A program made the translations under genes and the position numbers. Positions 18,455 to 24,000 of a DNA stretch of 24,000 nucleotides are shown here, in pieces. The stretch spans positions 28,814-52,813 of the forward strand of contig NZ_CDCE01000007.1 of NCBI RefSeq assembly GCF_000819805.1, in the 5' to 3' direction. How positions within the stretch are numbered: position 1 is the first letter of the stretch; every line of letters starts with the position of its first letter. The notes under the pieces are model-generated. The model did not search any database. It had not been told where the DNA came from and was given only the letters and a program-made list of their open reading frames with translations. This stretch comes from Aeromonas diversa CDC 2478-85. Its GTDB lineage: Bacteria > Pseudomonadota > Gammaproteobacteria > Enterobacterales > Aeromonadaceae.

Positions 18455-21280
18455 ATGGAAAAGATCGTGGTCCGGGGTGCCCGCACCCACAACCTCAAAA
18501 ACATCAACCTGACCCTGCCCCGCGACAAGCTGATCGTGGTCACCGGCCTCTCCGGCTCGGGCAAATCCTCCCTGGCGTTCGATACCCTCTATGCCGAGGG
18601 GCAGCGCCGCTACGTGGAGTCGCTCTCCGCCTATGCCCGCCAGTTTCTTTCCCTGATGGAGAAGCCGGACGTGGACCACATCGAGGGGCTGTCACCGGCC
18701 ATCTCCATCGAGCAGAAGTCCACCTCCCACAACCCGCGCTCGACCGTTGGCACCATCACCGAGATTTACGACTACCTGCGCCTGCTGTTTGCCCGGGTCG
18801 GCGAGCCGCGCTGCCCGACCCACGGCATCCCGCTCACCGCCCAGACCATCAGCCAAATGGTGGACCAGGTGCTGGCCCAGCCGGAAGGCACCAGGCTGAT
18901 GCTGCTGGCCCCCGTTGTGCGCAACCGCAAGGGGGAGCACGTCAAGCTGCTGGAGAACCTGGCGGCCCAGGGTTATATCCGTGCCCGCATCGACGGGGAG
19001 GTGTGCGATCTTTCGGATCCCCCGACCCTGGAGCTGCAGAAGAAGCACACCATCGAGGTGGTGGTGGACCGTTTCAAGGTGCGTGATGATTTGCAGCAGC
19101 GCCTCGCCGAGTCGTTCGAGACGGCGCTGACTCTCTCCGGCGGCATCGTCCTGGTGGCGCCCATGGACGGAGATGAGGGGGAGACCCTGACCTTCTCGGC
19201 CAACTTCGCCTGCCCCGAGTGTGGCCACTCGGTCTCGGAGCTGGAGCCGCGCATCTTCTCCTTCAACAATCCGGCCGGTGCCTGCCCCACCTGTGACGGT
19301 CTCGGGGTGCAGCAGTACTTCGATCCGGACAAGGTGATCCACGATCCGGGCCAGAGCCTGGCCGGTGGCGCCATCCGCGGTTGGGACAAGCGCAGCTTCT
19401 ACTACTTCCAGATGCTCAAATCCCTGGCCGAGCATTACGACTTCGACCTGGAGGCGCCCTGGGAAGAACTGCCGTTCAAGGTGCAGGAGGTGATCCTGCG
19501 CGGCTCCGGCCGCGGCGACGTGGAGTTTCGCTACATGAACGACCGCGGCGATGTGGTGGTGCGCAAGCACCCGTTCGAGGGGATCCTGCACAACATGGAG
19601 CGCCGCTACCGGGAGACCGAATCCAACTCGGTGCGCGAAGAGCTCTCCAAATACATCGCCAACAAGCCCTGCGCCAGCTGCGGCGGCAGCCGGCTGCGGG
19701 AAGAGGCGCGCCACGTCTTCATCGAGAACCGCAACCTGCCGGCCATCGCCGAGGATTCCATCGGCGACGCCCTCACCTTCTTCGCCGGCCTGACCCTGAC
19801 CGGCCAGCGCGCCCAGATCGCCGAGAAGATCTTGAAAGAGATCGTCGAGCGCCTCGGCTTCCTGGTGAACGTCGGCCTCAACTATCTGAGCCTGTCGCGC
19901 AGTGCCGAGACCCTCTCCGGCGGCGAGGCGCAGCGGATCCGGCTGGCCAGCCAGATCGGTGCCGGTCTGGTGGGGGTCATGTATGTGCTGGATGAACCTT
20001 CCATCGGCCTGCACCAGCGCGACAACGAGCGGCTGCTGGGGACCCTGACTCACCTGCGCGATCTCGGCAACACCGTCATCGTGGTGGAGCACGACGAGGA
20101 TGCCATTCGCCTCGCCGACCATGTGCTCGACATAGGCCCGGGGGCCGGGGTGCACGGCGGCGCCATCGTCGCCCAAGGGACGCCGGAAGAGATCATCGCC
20201 AACCCCGAGTCGCTGACCGGTGACTACCTCTCCGGTCGCAAGCAGATCGCCATCCCGGCCGAGCGCACCCCGCTCACCGGCAAGTGGCTGAAATTGAAGG
20301 GGGCGAGCGGCAACAACCTGCGTAACGTCAACCTGGATCTGCCGATCGGGGTGATGACCTGTGTCACCGGCGTCTCCGGCTCCGGCAAGTCGACCCTCAT
20401 CAACGACACCCTGTTTCGCATCGCTCACCGCGAGCTGAACAAGGCGACCGAGTCCACCCCGGCCCCCTATCGCAGCATTGAGGGGCTGGAGCACCTGGAC
20501 AAGGTGGTGGACATCGACCAGAGCCCCATCGGCCGCACCCCGCGCTCCAACCCGGCCACTTACACCGGCCTGTTCACCCCGATCCGAGAGCTGCTCTCCG
20601 GCACCCAGGAGGCGCGCTCGCGCGGCTATCAGCCGGGCCGCTTCTCCTTCAACGTGAAGGGGGGGCGCTGCGAGGCGTGCCAGGGGGATGGGGTCATCAA
20701 GGTGGAGATGCACTTCCTGCCGGACGTCTACGTGCCGTGCGACGTCTGCAAGGGCAAGCGCTACAACCGCGAGACCCTGGAGGTGAAGTACAAGGGCAAG
20801 AACATCCACGAGATCCTCGAGATGACGGTGGAAGATGCCCGCGCCTTCTTCGATCCGGTGCCGGCGGTGGCGCGCAAGCTGCAGACCCTGATGGACGTGG
20901 GCCTCTCCTACATCCGCCTCGGCCAGTCGGCCACCACCCTGTCGGGGGGCGAGGCGCAGCGGGTCAAGCTGGCGCGCGAGCTCTCCAAGCGGGATACCGG
21001 GCAGACCCTCTACATCCTGGACGAGCCGACCACAGGACTGCACTTCCACGACATCCAGCAGCTGCTCAAGGTACTGCACCAGCTGCGGGATCGCGGCAAC
21101 ACCATCGTCATCATCGAGCACAACCTGGACGTCATCAAAACCGCCGACTGGATCGTCGATCTGGGGCCCGAGGGGGGCGCCGGTGGTGGCCGCATCCTGG
21201 TAACGGGGACGCCGGAGGCGATCTGTGAGAATCAGGAGTCCCATACGGCGCGCTTCTTAGGTTCCATACTGCGCCGGTAG
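18455..21280 (+). CDS. uvrA: Excinuclease ABC subunit A
   Basis: From the ATG at 18455 ([65 protein letters not shown]...) the product is 941 aa and collinear with E. coli UvrA. It has both ATPase modules and the zinc fingers (CPECGHS...CPTCDGLG; CEACQGDG...CDVCKGKRY). The track start at 18332 is a 41-codon spurious extension that covers the LexA box. Confidence 0.98.
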   Translation: MEKIVVRGARTHNLKNINLTLPRDKLIVVTGLSGSGKSSLAFDTLYAEGQRRYVESLSAYARQFLSLMEKPDVDHIEGLSPAISIEQKSTSHNPRSTVGTITEIYDYLRLLFARVGEPRCPTHGIPLTAQTISQMVDQVLAQPEGTRLMLLAPVVRNRKGEHVKLLENLAAQGYIRARIDGEVCDLSDPPTLELQKKHTIEVVVDRFKVRDDLQQRLAESFETALTLSGGIVLVAPMDGDEGETLTFSANFACPECGHSVSELEPRIFSFNNPAGACPTCDGLGVQQYFDPDKVIHDPGQSLAGGAIRGWDKRSFYYFQMLKSLAEHYDFDLEAPWEELPFKVQEVILRGSGRGDVEFRYMNDRGDVVVRKHPFEGILHNMERRYRETESNSVREELSKYIANKPCASCGGSRLREEARHVFIENRNLPAIAEDSIGDALTFFAGLTLTGQRAQIAEKILKEIVERLGFLVNVGLNYLSLSRSAETLSGGEAQRIRLASQIGAGLVGVMYVLDEPSIGLHQRDNERLLGTLTHLRDLGNTVIVVEHDEDAIRLADHVLDIGPGAGVHGGAIVAQGTPEEIIANPESLTGDYLSGRKQIAIPAERTPLTGKWLKLKGASGNNLRNVNLDLPIGVMTCVTGVSGSGKSTLINDTLFRIAHRELNKATESTPAPYRSIEGLEHLDKVVDIDQSPIGRTPRSNPATYTGLFTPIRELLSGTQEARSRGYQPGRFSFNVKGGRCEACQGDGVIKVEMHFLPDVYVPCDVCKGKRYNRETLEVKYKGKNIHEILEMTVEDARAFFDPVPAVARKLQTLMDVGLSYIRLGQSATTLSGGEAQRVKLARELSKRDTGQTLYILDEPTTGLHFHDIQQLLKVLHQLRDRGNTIVIIEHNLDVIKTADWIVDLGPEGGAGGGRILVTGTPEAICENQESHTARFLGSILRR

Positions 21281-21294
21281 GCGATCTGCATCAA

Positions 21295-21322
21295 GAAGGG
21301 GGCTTAGGCCCCCTCGCTTTTT
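21295..21322 (+). terminator. uvrA terminator
   Basis: GGGGGC-ttag-GCCCCC hairpin followed by TCGCTTTTT. Confidence 0.7.
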
Positions 21323-21400
21323 CCCCCTGCCATGACACAATCTGCCCTCTTGCGCTTCGTGATTCACCATACTTGAGACGAGTCATCAGGAACTATCTTC

Positions 21401-23077
21401 ATGCATCGTTCGGATCGCACCATCAACTATCAGGTTGCCTTCTCCATGGCCTTGGTCTGGCTGGTTGCCATGGGGTTGCTGGTTGCCATGCTGCTATTGA
21501 CGCTGGTTCCCGAGATTCGCCATGTGGAGCAGCGGCAGATGCGCGAGCACCTGGTTCGAGCCATCAGCCTGGTGCAGGCCGATCTCAAGCGGATGCGTGC
21601 CTTCGCCCGTGACTGGGGGGAGTGGGATGATGCCTATGACTTTATCGCCGGCAAGGGGACCCGCGCCTTCATCGATGGCAATCTGGTCTCTTCAACCCCC
21701 ATGGACGATTTCGATCTCCATCTGCTCAGCTTCATGGATCTGCGGGGCAACGAGATATGGAGCCGCTCCCGCCTGCCCGATATCCAGCAGAGTCATTTCA
21801 TCAGCTACCCCCTCTTCATGGAGCGGCTGGAGCAAGTGTTGCTGAAGCGTGTCGGAGAGCACGGCATTCAGGGGATGCAGGACTCCCAGTGGGGTCCGCT
21901 GCTCTTCGCATTTCACCCCATCACCGACTCCCAGCGCAGGCATGCGGCCAGGGGCTATCTACTGGCTGCACGCTGGATCGATGCAAGCTACCTGAGCGAG
22001 CTCTCCCATCGGGTGGCCATGCCCATCACGATGCGGGGGTTACACGGGGTGTCGGATCTGACCCAGTATCAGCCACTGCAGCAGGGTTACCTCTACCGTA
22101 TGGGGTACAGCGGTCTGCATACCCAGTGGGGGGAGATCATGATGCTCGACAGCGTGGGTCAACCCGGCCTGCTGCTGCGCCTTGAGTCCCAGCGCGAGCT
22201 GATGTTGGGGGGAGGGCGGGTTCTGCTGTACACCCTGGCGGGGACCCTGCTTATCTGTCTGGTGTGCGGTCTGTTTGCCTTCTATCGTCTGCAGGTGATG
22301 GTGCTGCAGCCATTGGGCATATTGATCAAGGGAGTGCAGCGCTACGAGCGGGATGGCGATTCGGCAGCCCTGCCGGTGATCGAGTCGAGTCGCGAGATGC
22401 GGATCCTGACCCGTCGCTTCCGTGAGATGGCGGCGCGCCTCAGCCTGCAACACAAGGCGGCCCAAGCCCATAGCCAGCGTATGGAGGAGGTGGCCAACCG
22501 GGATCCCCTGACCGGCTGCTTCAATCGCCGCTATCTGGATGCCTGGCTCGAGATGCTGGAGCCCTCGGCACTGCACCTGGCCGTGCTGGCCATCGATCTC
22601 GACCACTTCAAACGAGTCAACGACACCCATGGCCACGACATGGGGGATCGCGTGCTGATCCAGTTTGCGGAGCGGTTGCGCCGCAATCTGCGTCACGATG
22701 AGCTGCTGGTGCGGGTTGGTGGCGAGGAGTTTTTGGTGGTGTCCGAATGCACCGAAGCAGCCCAGGCCAGCGCACTGGCCGAACGGCTGAGGTGCGTGGT
22801 GGCCCAGCTTCCCTTCGGGGAGGATCAGGCCTCGTTCGCCATGACGGCCTCTATTGGCTTCGCCCTTTATCCGCTGGGGGAGGAGCGCCACGAGGCCGGT
22901 TGGCGTCTCAGTCTCAAGTTGGCCGATATGGCGCTCTATAACGCCAAGGCGCGCGGACGTAACACCTGGACCGGTCTGGTCGCTCGTCATGGTGGGGTGC
23001 TTCCTTCACTGAACCCTGATGACCTGTTGCGGCAGGGGGCCCTCTCCCTGATTGAGCCTCCTCGTAAAGAGGTGTGA
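21401..23077 (+). CDS. Membrane sensor diguanylate cyclase (CHASE4-like periplasmic domain, HAMP-like linker, GGDEF domain)
   Basis: 558 aa. TM1 is VAFSMALVWLVAMGLLVAMLLLTLV. The periplasmic region has a CHASE4-like signature (ARDWGEWDDAYDFI). TM2 is LLYTLAGTLLICLVCGLFAFY. A HAMP-like linker follows. GGDEF domain: RDPLTGCFNRRYLD, DLDHFKRVNDTHGH, active-site GGEEF at 22718-22732. Confidence 0.9.
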   Translation: MHRSDRTINYQVAFSMALVWLVAMGLLVAMLLLTLVPEIRHVEQRQMREHLVRAISLVQADLKRMRAFARDWGEWDDAYDFIAGKGTRAFIDGNLVSSTPMDDFDLHLLSFMDLRGNEIWSRSRLPDIQQSHFISYPLFMERLEQVLLKRVGEHGIQGMQDSQWGPLLFAFHPITDSQRRHAARGYLLAARWIDASYLSELSHRVAMPITMRGLHGVSDLTQYQPLQQGYLYRMGYSGLHTQWGEIMMLDSVGQPGLLLRLESQRELMLGGGRVLLYTLAGTLLICLVCGLFAFYRLQVMVLQPLGILIKGVQRYERDGDSAALPVIESSREMRILTRRFREMAARLSLQHKAAQAHSQRMEEVANRDPLTGCFNRRYLDAWLEMLEPSALHLAVLAIDLDHFKRVNDTHGHDMGDRVLIQFAERLRRNLRHDELLVRVGGEEFLVVSECTEAAQASALAERLRCVVAQLPFGEDQASFAMTASIGFALYPLGEERHEAGWRLSLKLADMALYNAKARGRNTWTGLVARHGGVLPSLNPDDLLRQGALSLIEPPRKEV

Positions 23078-23171
23078 TGGATGCGCCTTATGCGGGGTGC
23101 AAACAGGGGGGATGGCAGCAGGAAGCGCGCGTAAAGATGCATGGTACATATGGCTCAAAACTCGGCAACAA

Positions 23172-23185
23172 TTGAGCCAGGTCAA
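23172..23185 (+). promoter_or_regulatory. FNR/CRP-family box upstream of ompW
   Basis: TTGAG-ccag-GTCAA against the FNR consensus TTGAT-N4-ATCAA (8 of 10). A TAAAGT -10-like hexamer at 23208-23213 places the box centre near -41.5, which is class II geometry. ompW is FNR-activated in E. coli (established knowledge). Confidence 0.45.
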
Positions 23186-23259
23186 TAACTCGCCGTTTAC
23201 TATCCCTTAAAGTGGGCTCCGCTTACAGCACCAATTGAAAACAAAAAGGGATTACAACG

Positions 23260-23886
23260 ATGAACAAAGTGCTTCCTCTGCTGATTGCCGGCGCCCTCGC
23301 CTCCCCCTTCGCCATGGCCCATCAGGCCGGTGACATCCTTGCCCGCGGTGGTCTGGCCATCGTTTCTCCCCAAGAGAGCAGCGATGACGTTCTGAAGACC
23401 GGTGAGTTCGAGATCAACAGTAATCAACAATTGGGCCTGACCCTGGGTTATATGATCACCGACAACTGGGGCGTCGAGTTGCTGGCGGCCACCCCCTTCG
23501 CCCACAGGGTGAGCACGCGCGACCTGGGTGAGATCGCCAAGGTGAAGCACCTGCCGCCGACCCTGATGGCCCAGTACTACTTCGGCAACGCCCAGAGCAA
23601 GGTGCGTCCCTATGTGGGCGTAGGCGTTAACTACACCACCTTCTTCAGCGAGAAAGGCGTCGGCGCTCTCGACGGTGCCAATGTCAGCCTGGACGACTCT
23701 TGGGGCCTGGCCGGTCAGGTCGGTATCGACATGGCCATCAATGACCGCTGGTTCGTCAACGGCTCCGCCTGGATCATGGACATCGACACCGACGTCAACG
23801 TCGACGTGGGTGGCCAGCATGTGGGTACCTTCAAGACCCATATCGACCCCATGGCCTTTATGGTCGGTGTCGGTTATCGCTTCTAA
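23260..23886 (+). CDS. ompW: Outer membrane protein OmpW
   Basis: 208 aa. Signal peptide MNKVLPLLIAGALASPFAMA. Motifs: HQAGDILARGGLA, LGLTLGYMITDNWGVELLAATPF, RPYVGVGVNYTTFF and the terminal beta-strand VGVGYRF. Confidence 0.93.
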   Translation: MNKVLPLLIAGALASPFAMAHQAGDILARGGLAIVSPQESSDDVLKTGEFEINSNQQLGLTLGYMITDNWGVELLAATPFAHRVSTRDLGEIAKVKHLPPTLMAQYYFGNAQSKVRPYVGVGVNYTTFFSEKGVGALDGANVSLDDSWGLAGQVGIDMAINDRWFVNGSAWIMDIDTDVNVDVGGQHVGTFKTHIDPMAFMVGVGYRF

Positions 23887-23921
23887 GCATTGGTGAATGG
23901 GCCTCTGGCCCCGCACGCTCC

Positions 23922-23952
23922 TTGGCCCGACTGGTTCGGGCCTTTTTCTTTT
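23922..23952 (+). terminator. ompW terminator
   Basis: GGCCCGA-ctggt-TCGGGCC hairpin followed by TTTTTCTTTT. Confidence 0.85.
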
Positions 23953-24000
23953 CCGGTGGCTTGAGTCGGCCCTGGCGGCGCTGTAGCCTGAGCCCGGTTT

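Noticed and set aside
18322-18564. 80-aa minus-strand ORF across the uvrA start region.
   Set aside because: It overlaps the LexA box and the highly conserved uvrA N-terminus in antisense, and has no RBS or motifs.
18692-21244. 850-aa ORF antisense to uvrA. Similar long ORFs lie antisense to other genes: 9340-11118 to rpoD, 7314-8687 to dnaG, 5415-6470 to tsaD, 2918-4348 to pap, 12797-13828 to dbpA, 14272-15300 to the chitinase, 22040-22990 to the cyclase, 23200-23916 to ompW and 6462-7169 to rpsU/yqeY.
   Set aside because: Each lies opposite a gene with unambiguous family motifs. Their translations are low-complexity and Gly/Ala/Arg/Leu/Val-rich, with no motifs or RBS. Long stop-free antisense frames are an expected by-product of GC-rich third-position codon bias.

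Overview
The window reads as a mostly core chromosomal segment of a high-GC gammaproteobacterium. It is most consistent with Aeromonas/Aeromonadaceae, an inference from an AhyI/AhyR-type quorum-sensing pair, an Aeromonas-type prolyl aminopeptidase and E. coli-like tsaD/rpsU-dnaG-rpoD-ileX synteny. Left to right: (1) a large ABCC/MRP-like ABC exporter on the minus strand that runs off the left edge and is therefore absent from the ORF track; (2) prolyl aminopeptidase; (3) yqhA; (4) a tRNA-Phe/tRNA-Asn operon; (5) tsaD divergent from the rpsU-yqeY-dnaG-rpoD operon; (6) tRNA-Ile2(CAU); (7) about 0.5 kb of orphan non-coding DNA followed by a small orphan protein with a degenerate MreB/actin-like N-terminal half; (8) dbpA; (9) a secreted GH19 chitinase with a chitin-binding module; (10) a small secreted protein of unknown function; (11) the divergent ahyI/ahyR pair; (12) uvrA with a LexA box; (13) a CHASE4-HAMP-GGDEF diguanylate cyclase; (14) ompW. 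Most long ORFs in the six-frame track are antisense shadows of these genes, as expected at this GC content. Several track ORFs carry spurious N-terminal extensions from upstream GTG/TTG codons. I found no CRISPR array, transposase, integrase, or recognisable defence or toxin-antitoxin module, and no convincing novel multi-gene system. The best leads for follow-up are the half-actin-fold orphan and the structured orphan DNA next to tRNA-Ile2, the fused full-length ABCC-like exporter, and the layout of the quorum-sensing locus and its secreted-protein neighbours. All homology statements rest on recall of family motifs and by-eye alignment, not on database searches.
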